From a candidate division TM6 bacterium UASB340 (GTDB lineage: Bacteria > Babelota > Babeliae > Babelales > UASB340): a stretch of DNA of 64,000 nucleotides. Shown piece by piece: positions 10,651 through 20,735 of this stretch. The DNA lies in assembly GCA_001468925.1 (NCBI GenBank), contig LDIX01000005.1:2184-66183 (forward strand), read 5' to 3'. Position 1 is the stretch's first letter; each line of letters starts with the position of its first letter. A program made the translations under genes and the position numbers. The notes beneath the pieces were generated by a model. It was not told the origin of the DNA, did not search any database, and saw only the letters and a list, made by a program, of their open reading frames with translations.

Positions 10651-11422
10651 TTGGGAGACTATCGTGCTTTTTGCCCATAAAAAGATAAGACAATTTAGAA
10701 ATTTAAAATCTAAAAGAAAGTTATTTTTTAAAAAAAGTATATCTTTATTGCCAAACATTTTTACAATAGCAAATGCATTTTTTGGTTTTTGTTCTATTAT
10801 ATTTGCTTCAAAATCCGATTTTATGCCGGCTGCATATTTTATTCTGCTTGGGGCATTAATGGATTCATTGGACGGACGATTGGCAAGATTTATTGGCGTA
10901 TCAAGCGAAATTGGTTTACAACTTGATTCACTGGCAGATTCAATTTCTTTTTGTTTGGCTCCGGCGTTATTGATTTATTTTTGGCAGCTAAAAAGTTTAG
11001 GTTTTTTAGGTTTAATTATTAGTGCGATATTTTTTATAACCGGAATTTTAAGGCTTGCGCGATTTAACGTTATATCACACGAACAAAGTTTGTTTTTTTT
11101 AGGTCTTCCTACAACAATTGCCGGATGCTTTTTAGTCGCATTTTATTTAAATATGTATGATAAAATTGATATTTATATGTTGCCAATAGTTTTAATTTTA
11201 TCTTTAATACTATCTTTTTTGATGGTTAGTAAAGTAAAATTTCCGGCATTTAAGCAAAATTTTTTAAAACCTTATAAAAAATGGTATAAATTTTTATTGC
11301 TTACAATTTTTGCAGTTTCTTTTGTAATGCAGTTTCATGGAACTTTAATTTTATTATTCTTTTTTTACTTTATTAGTGCCGTATATTTTAATTTTAAGTT
11401 AAATTTGACCACTAAAATTTAG
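10637..11422 (+). CDS. pssA: CDP-diacylglycerol--serine O-phosphatidyltransferase (CDP-alcohol phosphatidyltransferase family)
   Basis: MDSLDGRLAR ... GLQLDSLADSISF matches the D(x)2DG(x)2AR...G(x)3D(x)3D motif. The start is uncertain because the ORF overlaps the end of grpE. Confidence 0.75.
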   Translation: MWPSNWETIVLFAHKKIRQFRNLKSKRKLFFKKSISLLPNIFTIANAFFGFCSIIFASKSDFMPAAYFILLGALMDSLDGRLARFIGVSSEIGLQLDSLADSISFCLAPALLIYFWQLKSLGFLGLIISAIFFITGILRLARFNVISHEQSLFFLGLPTTIAGCFLVAFYLNMYDKIDIYMLPIVLILSLILSFLMVSKVKFPAFKQNFLKPYKKWYKFLLLTIFAVSFVMQFHGTLILLFFFYFISAVYFNFKLNLTTKI

Positions 11423-11479
11423 CTAAATTAAGTTTCTTTGTTATAATTTTTAAATAAACAATAAATTTAAGGGGATTTT

Positions 11480-13108
11480 ATGTACAAAGAAGACAGCTCT
11501 GTTTTTTGGAAAAATTTTATAATTATTTTTTTAGTAATAATTATTCCTGTTGCCATTGTTTTTTATAAATTTAGTACAAAACAGCATAAATTGGAAAAAT
11601 ATATAGAATTCTTGGTTGCTCAAAAAAGTGAAGAGATCGAAAAAGATCGAGAAGCAAAATTAAAAAATGGAGCGGATAATTCCATAATTTCAAAAAATTG
11701 GCTTGATATTCAAAAAAAAGTAAAAGATACGGTTGTTCAAGTTTTTACAATGGTTGATGAATTTAATTGGGTGGAACCATATAAAACACCAAAGCAAAGC
11801 GCCGCCGCCGGTTCCGGATTTTTTAGCGATGAACAGGGATACATTGTTACAAATCATCATGTTGTTGCCGGTGCAAGCAGTGTAAAGGTTCAAATTCCAT
11901 TTTTTGGAAGAAAACAATTTGACGTAGATGTAATTGGTGTTTGTCCGGATAAAGATGTTGCTCTTTTAAAATTAACCGAACAGTCTTACAGAGAAGTTAC
12001 AAAAGAACTTGGAAAAATTAACGTTTTACCATTGGGTGATTCGGATAAAGTTTTACGCACACAAGAAGTTTTGGCTTTAGGATATCCTTTGGGACAAGAA
12101 CGGCTTAAAAGTACATTAGGGATTGTAAGTGGTCGTGAAACGGCTGGTTTTATACAAATAACAGCACCGTTAAATCCAGGAATTTCAGGTGGCCCTACCC
12201 TTGATAATTATGGAAATGTAATGGGAATAGCTTTTGCAGGTATTCCTGGGGCACAAAATGTTGGTTATATAATTCCAATAAATGAAGTTAAAAGTGCTAT
12301 CAAAGATATGAAAAAAATTAAGCTTGTAAGAAAGCCTGTACTTGGATGTTTATTTACCGTTGCCACACCGGAAATTGTAAGATATTTGAAAAATCCTGAA
12401 CCTGGAGGATGGTATATAGCGGAAGTCTATGATAATACAATTTTAAAGAGTGTTGGCGTTAAAGAAAATGATATGCTTTACGAAGTAAACGGATACAAAT
12501 TGGATCTTTACGGTGAAATATCCGTACCATGGAGTGAAGATAAAATTTCTGTTCTTGATTTTTTAAATAGATTTACAGTTGGCGATGATATTTATTTTGT
12601 AATTTATAGAAGTGGTGAAAGAAAAGATTTTCATTTTAAACTTGATGATAAATATTTACCTCCTGTAAGAGCCATTTATCATGAATTTGAGGCTGATCAA
12701 ATTGATTATGAAGTTATTGGCGGCATGGTTGTTATGCCATTAACTTTAAATCATATAGCAATATTTGCTAAAAGTGATCCATTTCTTGCAAATTATGTAA
12801 AACCTGAAAATCAGCATGAACCGGCTCTAATTATTACACATATTTTGCCAAATTCTCAGGCCCAAAAAGCAAGAATTTTACATGCAGGTGCTATTATCAA
12901 TGAAATAAACGGTAAAGAGGTTAAAACTTTAAAAGAGTTCAGAGTCTTGGCTTCAAAGTGCAAAAAGGGTGGTTATTTAACTATAAAGACTGCAGATAAA
13001 ATGTTTGCAGCGCTTTCTATACAAAAGATTTTGCATGATGAAGATGCTCTCGCATCGAGATATTTTTATAAAAAATCTGATTTGATTAAAAAGATTGTGG
13101 AGAATTAA
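11480..13108 (+). CDS. HtrA/DegP-family serine protease with PDZ region
   Basis: The catalytic triad context is present: TNHHVV (His), DVALLK (Asp) and GISGGP (Ser). It has an N-terminal TM segment and a C-terminal PDZ-like portion. Confidence 0.8.
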   Translation: MYKEDSSVFWKNFIIIFLVIIIPVAIVFYKFSTKQHKLEKYIEFLVAQKSEEIEKDREAKLKNGADNSIISKNWLDIQKKVKDTVVQVFTMVDEFNWVEPYKTPKQSAAAGSGFFSDEQGYIVTNHHVVAGASSVKVQIPFFGRKQFDVDVIGVCPDKDVALLKLTEQSYREVTKELGKINVLPLGDSDKVLRTQEVLALGYPLGQERLKSTLGIVSGRETAGFIQITAPLNPGISGGPTLDNYGNVMGIAFAGIPGAQNVGYIIPINEVKSAIKDMKKIKLVRKPVLGCLFTVATPEIVRYLKNPEPGGWYIAEVYDNTILKSVGVKENDMLYEVNGYKLDLYGEISVPWSEDKISVLDFLNRFTVGDDIYFVIYRSGERKDFHFKLDDKYLPPVRAIYHEFEADQIDYEVIGGMVVMPLTLNHIAIFAKSDPFLANYVKPENQHEPALIITHILPNSQAQKARILHAGAIINEINGKEVKTLKEFRVLASKCKKGGYLTIKTADKMFAALSIQKILHDEDALASRYFYKKSDLIKKIVEN

Positions 13109-13116
13109 ATTTTGAG

Positions 13117-13848
13117 ATGAAAATAAAAAAAAGATTAGATTTATTAGTTCAAGAAAAATACCCACAATTTACCAGAAATCAAATACAAAGTTGGATTTTG
13201 CAGGGCAAGGTTTTGGTTGATGGTAAAGTTGAAACAAAAGCCGGAACGCAGATCGTTCAAGAGGCTGATGTTTTATTAACTGTTGATGAACCAAAATTTG
13301 TAAGCCGTGCCGGGTTTAAGCTTGAGCATGCTTTGGATCATTTTAATGTCAATGTAAAAGATTTAGTAATTTTGGATGCCGGAATTTCTACCGGTGGGTT
13401 CACCGATTGCATGTTACAACGAGGAGCCAAAAAAATTTATGGAATCGATGTTGGCTTTGGTCAAGTTCATGAAAAGGTTTTACGTGATTCACGTTTGGTT
13501 TTGATGGAAAAAACCAATTTAAGAAATCTTGAACAGCTGCCTGAGTCAGTTGATCTTGTAACTCTTGATCTTTCGTTTATATCTATTTTAAAAGTTTTAC
13601 CGGCAGTAGTTAAACTGTTAAAACCAAGTGGTAAAATTATTACTCTAATTAAACCACAATTTGAAGCAGGTAAAGAGAATGTTGGAAAACATGGTCTTGT
13701 AAAAAGTGACAAAGTACATCAAGAAGTAATTGAAAAGATTAAATTAGGTATGCAAGAATTTGGATTTAAAGCTGTTGGTGTTATTGAATCACCAATTCTT
13801 GGTGCATCAAGTGGAAATAAAGAGTTTTTGGCTTTGTTTGAACGATAA
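13117..13848 (+). CDS. tlyA: TlyA-family rRNA 2'-O-methyltransferase (hemolysin A homologue)
   Basis: S4-like N-terminus RLDLLV...GKVLVDG, SAM-binding DAGISTGGFTDCMLQRGAKKIYGIDVG, and DLSFISI. Confidence 0.9.
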   Translation: MKIKKRLDLLVQEKYPQFTRNQIQSWILQGKVLVDGKVETKAGTQIVQEADVLLTVDEPKFVSRAGFKLEHALDHFNVNVKDLVILDAGISTGGFTDCMLQRGAKKIYGIDVGFGQVHEKVLRDSRLVLMEKTNLRNLEQLPESVDLVTLDLSFISILKVLPAVVKLLKPSGKIITLIKPQFEAGKENVGKHGLVKSDKVHQEVIEKIKLGMQEFGFKAVGVIESPILGASSGNKEFLALFER

Positions 13849-13947
13849 TAAATATCGACATAGCTTATTGAATATATAAAAAAATCTAATTTTTATTTCA
13901 TCCAAAATCTTAGTTTATCGTTAATTTAATAAAATGTGTGTGGATAA

Positions 13948-14087
13948 GTCATCCCGGGCTTGACCCGGGATCTCTTTTGTATGCATTCACTTTTTTATAA
14001 GTTTTTCTACTTTTTTATCGTAATAGTATTTTATATAGTAAAAGTGAATGTTCGAGAAGGAGATCCCCGATCGTAGTCGGGGATGAC
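13948..14087. mobile_element. gene-less mini-element (MITE-like) with the same hairpin ends as the GIY-YIG unit
   Basis: The ends are 13948-13978 GTCATCCCGGGCTTGACCCGGGATCTCTTTT and 14057-14087 AAGGAGATCCCCGATCGTAGTCGGGGATGAC, in inverted orientation. An inner 11-bp inverted repeat is also present (CATTCACTTTT 13984-13994 / AAAAGTGAATG 14040-14050). There is no ORF inside. Confidence 0.6.
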
Positions 14088-14223
14088 AAACGCATAAAAC
14101 TGATTTTATTGTATGTATGCTTTGAGTGGCAATATGATAGGACTTAAGACCTGTTAAGTGTATTTTATATTTGTGTTCTAAGTTAATTTTGCTTAAACAA
14201 TATTCGTGTTAAAAAAGAAATAA

Positions 14224-14254
14224 GGGCTGCAAAATTTTACAGCCCCTTTTCTTT
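14224..14254. terminator. bidirectional Rho-independent terminator candidate
   Basis: GGGCTG-N10-CAGCCC followed by CTTTTCTTT on the plus strand and a T-run on the minus strand. It lies just downstream of the stop of the minus-strand gene 14276..15244. Confidence 0.55.
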
Positions 14255-14275
14255 AGAAAAACTTATTATTGTTTT

Positions 14276-15244
14276 TTAGTTATTTTCGCCTTTTATTTTA
14301 TCATAAACAAAGGTTAAACCGGTATATTTTGATAAAACTTTTTTACCACGTTCTTTAGCACATTTAAATACAGGTGAAATTATTTCCATGGTAACTGCCG
14401 TTGCTATTGCACTGCCTAAATATTTTGCCCAATTTTCAACCTTGTAATCTTTAAATTCTTTTTCAACAGCACCAAATACATTTTCACGTATTGTGTCGCC
14501 AACTATTTTTGCATCCGACATATCAAAACCGCGATCTGCTATTTCAGATTTTGCTTTATCAAAAAACTTCTTTACATCTGTATCTGTTACTGGAAACATA
14601 TAAAAATATTTATTTAAAAAGTCCAAATTGTCTGCACTTAAATTAGCAAGTTCTCTTGTATTTAAAACTTTGATTAATAATAGTGTTTTTTCTTGAATTT
14701 CTTCGCCAATATTATTAATCATATAATTTTTAATAGCATCCAATTGTGCTTCGTCTTTTAAAACCCAAAACATAGGCGTTTGTGCTTTGTATTCATCTAT
14801 AATTGCTTTGCCTTGGTAATATGTTTCCGGTAAAAATACAGTTTCCAATGCTTTTCCCAAAACAGTATCTCTGTCACCAACATATTTTTTTTGAATTCTT
14901 AAATTTGAAGCATATTTGTTTATAGATTCATTTATTACGGTTATATTTTCTAATTGAACCGGATTTTTAATGTGAGCGTTTTTGCCTGACACTGGATCGT
15001 TATAGCCAAGTTTTAATTTTCTATAAGTATTTATATCCATATCTAAAATTAAAATCTCCGGATCTTTTTCAGTAGCATTTAAAAACAAACAGCCATTGGA
15101 ATAGTTCAAAGCTTTATTTTTAATCTCTTCAATATTTGTTTCAGTAGCACTTATATTTAATGATAACGTACTTAATAACATTAAATATAATAATTTATTT
15201 TTATTCACAAAGAGTCTCCCAAGTAAAAGTTTATAAGATAACAA
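14276..15244 (-). CDS. hypothetical exported protein
   Basis: 322-aa ORF with a signal-like N-terminus and a C-terminal hydrophobic segment. No motif recognised. Confidence 0.5.
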   Translation of the reverse strand: MLSYKLLLGRLFVNKNKLLYLMLLSTLSLNISATETNIEEIKNKALNYSNGCLFLNATEKDPEILILDMDINTYRKLKLGYNDPVSGKNAHIKNPVQLENITVINESINKYASNLRIQKKYVGDRDTVLGKALETVFLPETYYQGKAIIDEYKAQTPMFWVLKDEAQLDAIKNYMINNIGEEIQEKTLLLIKVLNTRELANLSADNLDFLNKYFYMFPVTDTDVKKFFDKAKSEIADRGFDMSDAKIVGDTIRENVFGAVEKEFKDYKVENWAKYLGSAIATAVTMEIISPVFKCAKERGKKVLSKYTGLTFVYDKIKGENN

Positions 15245-15262
15245 ACGAAGTTTAAGTCTATT

Positions 15263-16336
15263 TTATAAATTATTTTTTTCAATAGATTTTATACTAAAAA
15301 AAATAAATAAAAATATAAGAAGATAGGGTAAAAGTAAAATTATTGGATTCAAATTGAATTTTGCCAAAAAATTGGTTAACAAATCGGTTAATAACATTAT
15401 GGGATATGGTGTAAACATAATGGTCCATTTATATCTTAAATAGTTCTCAAAAAGTATAAATAAACAAAATGTTAAAACCGGGTAAATAATTATTTGTAGA
15501 TAAAAAAATATTCTTTTTAATAATTCAGAAATCATATTAAACCAGATATTTTGTGGTAAAAAGTCTTTTTCTAAAAAAATATTTTTTAAAAATAATGAAA
15601 GTGGTGGAATTTTATCTTCCATTTTAAGTTGTGAAAAAAAACTCGGCATATGTAAAATTTTATTTTTAGGATTTTTGTAATTGTTACTATTTATTTTTAC
15701 GATATTAGGCTTTTTAAGTTCAATTATTTCTCTGCTTGGTTTAATTTGAAATTTTTGAGAATTTATTATTTTGTATATTTTAAAATTTTCGTCTATATCA
15801 AGTAATATTATATTTGTTCCGGTATTATTTATTAAATTTAAAGATTGAAAATAGCAATAAGATTTATGCAATTTATTTTTATGCGATTTTATTTCCAGCC
15901 ATTTATTTGTTAAATTTTCACGATTTATTTTTTTTAGTTGCTTAAACTTAAATTGTTCAGATTTATTTTGTAATTTTAAAGTTATGTTTTCACGTCCAAT
16001 AAAAGAAATTAAAGATATAATTATTCCGGATATTAAAAATAGATTAAATAATTTTTTGTTATTTATATTTAGTATTTTAAATGTTTCCAGTTCATTTTGA
16101 TCGTGAAATTCTTTTATAACCATTATTGCTGAAAGCCAGCTGCTAATTTTAATAGATTCAAAAAATGATGGTCCTAAATTTAATAGAATGAATTGCAAAA
16201 TAGTCTCAATACCTACGTTTTTTGTTCGAGCCATTTTTTCAAAAAACTCTATAAAATTAAAGAGTAGTGTAAAACTTAAATTTATTAAGAATAAATATTT
16301 AAAATAGTTTTTAAAAAAGTATTTTTCAAATATCAT
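15263..16336 (-). CDS. LptF/LptG-family (YjgP/YjgQ) permease
   Basis: The N-terminus IFEKYFFKNYFKYLFLINLSFTLLFNFIEFFEK and the layout of 3 TM segments, a periplasmic domain and 3 more TM segments are typical of LPS export permeases. Confidence 0.65.
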   Translation of the reverse strand: MIFEKYFFKNYFKYLFLINLSFTLLFNFIEFFEKMARTKNVGIETILQFILLNLGPSFFESIKISSWLSAIMVIKEFHDQNELETFKILNINNKKLFNLFLISGIIISLISFIGRENITLKLQNKSEQFKFKQLKKINRENLTNKWLEIKSHKNKLHKSYCYFQSLNLINNTGTNIILLDIDENFKIYKIINSQKFQIKPSREIIELKKPNIVKINSNNYKNPKNKILHMPSFFSQLKMEDKIPPLSLFLKNIFLEKDFLPQNIWFNMISELLKRIFFYLQIIIYPVLTFCLFILFENYLRYKWTIMFTPYPIMLLTDLLTNFLAKFNLNPIILLLPYLLIFLFIFFSIKSIEKNNL

Positions 16337-17012
16337 ATTGATTGTTAATATCCATTGATTTTTTCATACTTTCTGGGGTTATAATTCCACAAGAAACAAT
16401 AGATTTTATTGCTTCCTCAAATGACAAATTTGTTGGATATATTTCATTTTCAGGCAATATGAAAAAATATCCACTTGCTGGATTTGGGGAATTTGGCATA
16501 AAAACTTTAAAATATTTTATTTCAGAATTTACTTTTTTGGATTCAGGTATTAATTTTGCAAAATTATCATCAGCAGAATCAAGCTGAAATGCTAAATGAT
16601 AAAAGCCATCTCTTGGATATTGAATTAAAATCACTTTTTTATCGGATTTTTTTAAATCCGGAACATCAAAAAATACGGCAAGACTTTTAGCTGCAGAATA
16701 AACTGTTTTTATAAAAGGTATTTTTCCTATTAGCTCTTCAGATGCATGTATGATAGGTGTAACTATTAATAATTTTAATAGCACGCCTATAAGCAATATT
16801 AATCCTGTTATTAAAATAAATTCAATTCCCGGGATTAGTTGATACTGAATAGGTATTAATTTTTTTATAGGTGTTAGCCATCGATTTAGTAAACTATATG
16901 AAAAATGTATGAAAAATATAGTGGCCGTGATTGGTAAAATTGTTATAAAACCGCTTATAAAAAGTGATTTTATAGTGTTAAGTACTTTTTTTAATAAATC
17001 AAAAAAATTCAT
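16326..17012 (-). CDS. DUF502-family membrane protein
   Basis: Two N-terminal TM segments plus IPFIKTVYSAAKS and PNSPNPASGYFFILP motifs, which I recall as characteristic of DUF502. Confidence 0.65.
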   Translation of the reverse strand: MNFFDLLKKVLNTIKSLFISGFITILPITATIFFIHFSYSLLNRWLTPIKKLIPIQYQLIPGIEFILITGLILLIGVLLKLLIVTPIIHASEELIGKIPFIKTVYSAAKSLAVFFDVPDLKKSDKKVILIQYPRDGFYHLAFQLDSADDNFAKLIPESKKVNSEIKYFKVFMPNSPNPASGYFFILPENEIYPTNLSFEEAIKSIVSCGIITPESMKKSMDINNQYDI

Positions 17013-17021
17013 GTGTCCCCT

Positions 17022-18359
17022 TTAATTTAATATATTATCAAGTTCTTGAGCAATATTTTGAGCAATGTTTTTTGTTATAATTTCATCTTCACCTTCAGTC
17101 ATGATACGTAAAATATTTTCTGTTCCGGAATAACGTATCAAAATACGTCCGGTTTTTAAAATATTTTTATATTTTTCTATTATTTGGGGTATTGGGTTAA
17201 TATTTAAATCTTTTTTTTCTTTTACAGGCATATTTATTAAAGTTTGAGGAGCATAATTAAATTGCTTTGGATTTAAAATATTATTTTCAATTATAGTTTC
17301 TATTGTTCTCAATGCTGTAAATATACCGTCACCGACATTTAAATAGTCTGTCATTATTATATGTCCAGATGATTCTCCACCTAAAAATAATTTTTTTGCT
17401 CTTAATTCTTTTGCTATATATTTATCGCCCACATCGGTTCTTACAAGATTTATATTTCTTTTTTGTAAATGCAAATCCAATCCTAAATTTGTCATGCTTG
17501 TACCAACTACAGTTTTTAAATTGGCTGCTTTTTTATGGTTTGTAAGTATTGCTATTATCTGATCTCCATCTATTTTTTCTCCATATTTATCAACAGCAAT
17601 AACTCTATCGCCGTCACCATCAAATGCAAAACCAAAATCATATTTATTTTCTATTACATTTTTTGTTAATTGTTCAATATGTAAAGATCCGCAATTTTCA
17701 TTTATATTTTTGCCATTGGGTGTTGTGTTTATTGCAATTATTTGAGCACCCAAATTTTGAAAAATAATTGGGGCTATTTTGTAAGTTGCTCCGTTTGCGC
17801 AGTCTAAAACTATCTTTTTATTTAATAATAATTTATTTGAAAAATTATTTTCCAATATTTCTATATATTTTTCTATTGAGTTATCGAAAAGCTTGATAGA
17901 TCCTGATTTATTAAGATTTCCAATCTTAATATTATTAAAATTATTTTTAAAATTTGTTTCAATTATTTTTTCATCAGTCAAACTAAGTTTGCCTTTTTTT
18001 GCATCGACCAGTTTTATTCCATTATCTTGATATTTGTTGTGTGATGCAGAAATTATTATTCCAAAATCAAACGATTTATCTGTGTTTATTATTTTGCATA
18101 TGGCCGGTGTTGGCATTATTTGGGCATCCAAAATTTCCAAATCAAAATTTAATAGACCTGTTTCCAAATCTTTTTTTATTGCGGCACATGATTCTCTGGT
18201 ATCATGCCCAATCAAAATTTTGGGATTACTTTTTTTATATTTTTTTATACTCCATTGAGCAATTGAATATCCCAGTGTTATTAAACTTTGTGTATCAAAT
18301 GGGAAACTGTTTGCGTCGCCTCTTATGCCGTCTGTTCCGAATTTAATAGTTTTATTCAC
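17022..18359 (-). CDS. glmM: phosphoglucosamine mutase
   Basis: FGTDGIRG, active-site ISASHNKYQDNGIKL, metal-binding FAFDGDGDR and GGESSGH. Confidence 0.9.
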   Translation of the reverse strand: MNKTIKFGTDGIRGDANSFPFDTQSLITLGYSIAQWSIKKYKKSNPKILIGHDTRESCAAIKKDLETGLLNFDLEILDAQIMPTPAICKIINTDKSFDFGIIISASHNKYQDNGIKLVDAKKGKLSLTDEKIIETNFKNNFNNIKIGNLNKSGSIKLFDNSIEKYIEILENNFSNKLLLNKKIVLDCANGATYKIAPIIFQNLGAQIIAINTTPNGKNINENCGSLHIEQLTKNVIENKYDFGFAFDGDGDRVIAVDKYGEKIDGDQIIAILTNHKKAANLKTVVGTSMTNLGLDLHLQKRNINLVRTDVGDKYIAKELRAKKLFLGGESSGHIIMTDYLNVGDGIFTALRTIETIIENNILNPKQFNYAPQTLINMPVKEKKDLNINPIPQIIEKYKNILKTGRILIRYSGTENILRIMTEGEDEIITKNIAQNIAQELDNILN

Positions 18360-18467
18360 TTAAAAATCCTTTATTTTGCATTAAATTAATGTTTTAGGAT
18401 ATTATAATATATCAGATAATTAAGTCGCAGGATATTTTTGTTTTGAATAAAAAGAGGGGGAATTCTT

Positions 18468-19118
18468 ATGGAATTTACAATTTTTTTAAGATGTTTTTTA
18501 ATTGGAGTTTTGGCATCGGCATCTCTTGGTCCTATATTTATTTTGACTTTTAATCGTGGTGCCGTTTATGGCTTTTGGTACGGTTTTGCAACAGGTCTTG
18601 GAGCTTGCATTGCGGACGGATTTTATTTTTTATTAGGATTAATGGGTGTTCTAGCAATTCTTAAAGAGAATATAAATTTTATGTTTTTGTTGGATACTTT
18701 AGGTGGCTTTTTGTTGATTTATTTAGGTATATATTCATTACGAAAGGCTTTAAAAAATGAAAATCATATTTCTTATGAACAAAAGCTTGGTGCATGGATT
18801 ACTATAATAAAATCATTTTTGTTAACGGCATTAAATCCAATGGCTTTGTTTTTTTTCATGTTAATTAGCGCTCAAATATTACCTAAAAGTGCTTTTTCTT
18901 TACCATTAAATCAAATTTTTATAGCAAGCGCGCTTGTCTCTTTGGGATCTTTAACTGTGCTGACGACAGTTTCTTTTTTTGCATCATTAATAGGAGGCTC
19001 TTTGAGTAAAAGGAAATTAAGTATAATATCTTTTATTTCAGGGCTAATCTTTATTTGTGTAGGATTGTATCTTTTGGATCATTTGATAGTAAATTTAATA
19101 AAAATTTATGCTTGTTAA
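18468..19118 (+). CDS. LysE/RhtB-family amino-acid exporter
   Basis: A membrane protein of about 215 aa with six TM segments and N-terminal GPIFILTFNRG-like features of the LysE superfamily. Confidence 0.6.
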   Translation: MEFTIFLRCFLIGVLASASLGPIFILTFNRGAVYGFWYGFATGLGACIADGFYFLLGLMGVLAILKENINFMFLLDTLGGFLLIYLGIYSLRKALKNENHISYEQKLGAWITIIKSFLLTALNPMALFFFMLISAQILPKSAFSLPLNQIFIASALVSLGSLTVLTTVSFFASLIGGSLSKRKLSIISFISGLIFICVGLYLLDHLIVNLIKIYAC

Positions 19119-19215
19119 TTAAACTGTTTTTATTTTATTTTTTTAAATTGTTCACTTTTCGGTCTTTTTTTGTTTATTATCTACTAGATATAATTTAAAA
19201 GAAGGGGGAAGGGAT

Positions 19216-19923
19216 ATGAATTATAATAACAAAATTTTTGGTATTTTACATAAAAATAGTGAATCTTGGCATAAAAAACTTTTAAGAAAATCCAAAAATT
19301 ATTTTCCATATTTTAGTGTTTCTTTATTATCACTTTTAGTTGTTTTATTTTTTTGGACTACATATAACGATAAGCCAAAGTTTATTACATCAGTTATAAC
19401 AATGGATATAAAAAACATTGTTGATTCTTTAAATAAAATAGATAAAGAATGCAATATTTTAAGCATTGAGAATGAATGCAATTATGTAGATTTTTTAAAT
19501 GTTGAAAAATTTTCCGGATCTGAAGTTGGGTGTTTAAATTTGGCTTTTCCAAAAAATTGGGCGGGACCATATTTGAGTTTAAATCCAACTTTACAGGGAA
19601 AACTTTATGAAATTATAAAACGAAAAGATGGAAATTATGTTTTACCGGGACGTGGCGTTAAGCTACCAAATAATTTAATCGTAGGAAAAGATTTTGATTA
19701 TTATAGCGCAGATTTGGCTTCTATTGATAAAATGCTTGCTGATGGAGGTCAATTAAATTATAAAGGCACTCCATTGGGTGCAAAACTTACTTTTGAAGTT
19801 GGGGACTGGGGAAGAGAGGAGTTAAGAAGTAAGACAACTTACGATATTAATCAAATGCTTTTGGAATTCAATAAGGCAATTCCGTTTACATATAATCAAA
19901 CTACGACTCAAGCAAAGATATAA
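19216..19923 (+). CDS. hypothetical membrane-anchored protein
   Basis: ORF with a good RBS (GAAGGGGGAAGGG upstream) and a single N-terminal TM segment. No motif recognised. Confidence 0.5.
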   Translation: MNYNNKIFGILHKNSESWHKKLLRKSKNYFPYFSVSLLSLLVVLFFWTTYNDKPKFITSVITMDIKNIVDSLNKIDKECNILSIENECNYVDFLNVEKFSGSEVGCLNLAFPKNWAGPYLSLNPTLQGKLYEIIKRKDGNYVLPGRGVKLPNNLIVGKDFDYYSADLASIDKMLADGGQLNYKGTPLGAKLTFEVGDWGREELRSKTTYDINQMLLEFNKAIPFTYNQTTTQAKI

Positions 19924-19945
19924 AAACAATATATGACTCAGTTTT

Positions 19946-19975
19946 TACCCAGGCTTTGACAAACATGCCTGGGTA
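19946..19975. terminator. bidirectional terminator between convergent genes
   Basis: 9-bp GC-rich stem TACCCAGGC / GCCTGGGTA with a 12-nt loop and AT/T-rich flanks. Confidence 0.6.
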
Positions 19976-19991
19976 TCTAATTTTATTTGTT

Positions 19992-20735
19992 TTATATTAC
20001 AGGTGATTTTGTAAATATATTTTTTACAAAATCCCACCAGAGCGTGAAATATATCGAAGTTAACGAACTTTGATAACTGGAATCATTAATTATGTATTTG
20101 TTGTACTTTTCTTTTTTAATTTCGTATATAACTTTTTCTCTTATTTTAAGTGCAATGTCTATTGCATTTGTGTTCAAATAATTTTCACCGTATTTATTGT
20201 ATTGATCAAACATGTCGTCAAACGTTACACATAATTCTTCCGGCATAAAATTTCTCAAATTTATATGTAAATTGTTTTCTGGGTTTTTATTATAATTTTC
20301 AAAAAACCATTTTAATATATTAACAATTTTATTTTTTAAGACTGTGTTATGTACAATTTTATTCATTCCTTTATACAGAAGGTAAACAAATGGTACAACG
20401 ATGATCCCAATAAACGCTAACCCTCCGGCTTCTTCTTCATTTATGCGCCCCCCTTTTATTTTGGGATAAAATATATATGTTAATGCTGCTATATAAGGGG
20501 TAAACGCTATTAATTTGGGTATTAGTTCTAGAGTTGAAAATTCTTTTGATGGATATTGAATTAGTAAATTGTCAACGAAATCCCATGGGTTTTGTTGATA
20601 GTGAATTTTTTCCATTTTAAGATAATTCAGTTCTGAATTTAAATTTGCATAAATTGAATTTGCATTTGCCAAAAGTAGTGTTACAAAAATTATTTTTATT
20701 TTAGATTTTAACATATATTCCTTTTGAAAAATCAT
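19992..20735 (-). CDS. hypothetical membrane protein, paralogue A of a tandem pair
   Basis: Signal peptide plus two central TM segments. It shares motifs with 21035..21712: YP.E.FS, TPYIA.L..F, I.KWF..NY and INL..F.PE. Confidence 0.55.
   Translation of the reverse strand: MIFQKEYMLKSKIKIIFVTLLLANANSIYANLNSELNYLKMEKIHYQQNPWDFVDNLLIQYPSKEFSTLELIPKLIAFTPYIAALTYIFYPKIKGGRINEEEAGGLAFIGIIVVPFVYLLYKGMNKIVHNTVLKNKIVNILKWFFENYNKNPENNLHINLRNFMPEELCVTFDDMFDQYNKYGENYLNTNAIDIALKIREKVIYEIKKEKYNKYIINDSSYQSSLTSIYFTLWWDFVKNIFTKSPVI

Noticed and set aside
10637-10700. The 14-nt overlap between grpE and the pssA-like ORF, as a possible recoding or frameshift site.
   Set aside because: The simplest explanation is a later pssA start, for example GTG at about 10664. 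There is no slippery heptamer or downstream structure.
17999-18346. Plus-strand ORFs of 115 aa and 74 aa inside glmM. Similar antisense ORFs occur inside htrA, tlyA, the helicase gene, dcd, the PMM gene, secD, hldE, macB and others.
   Set aside because: All lie antisense within genes that have strong motif support, and none carries a recognisable motif.
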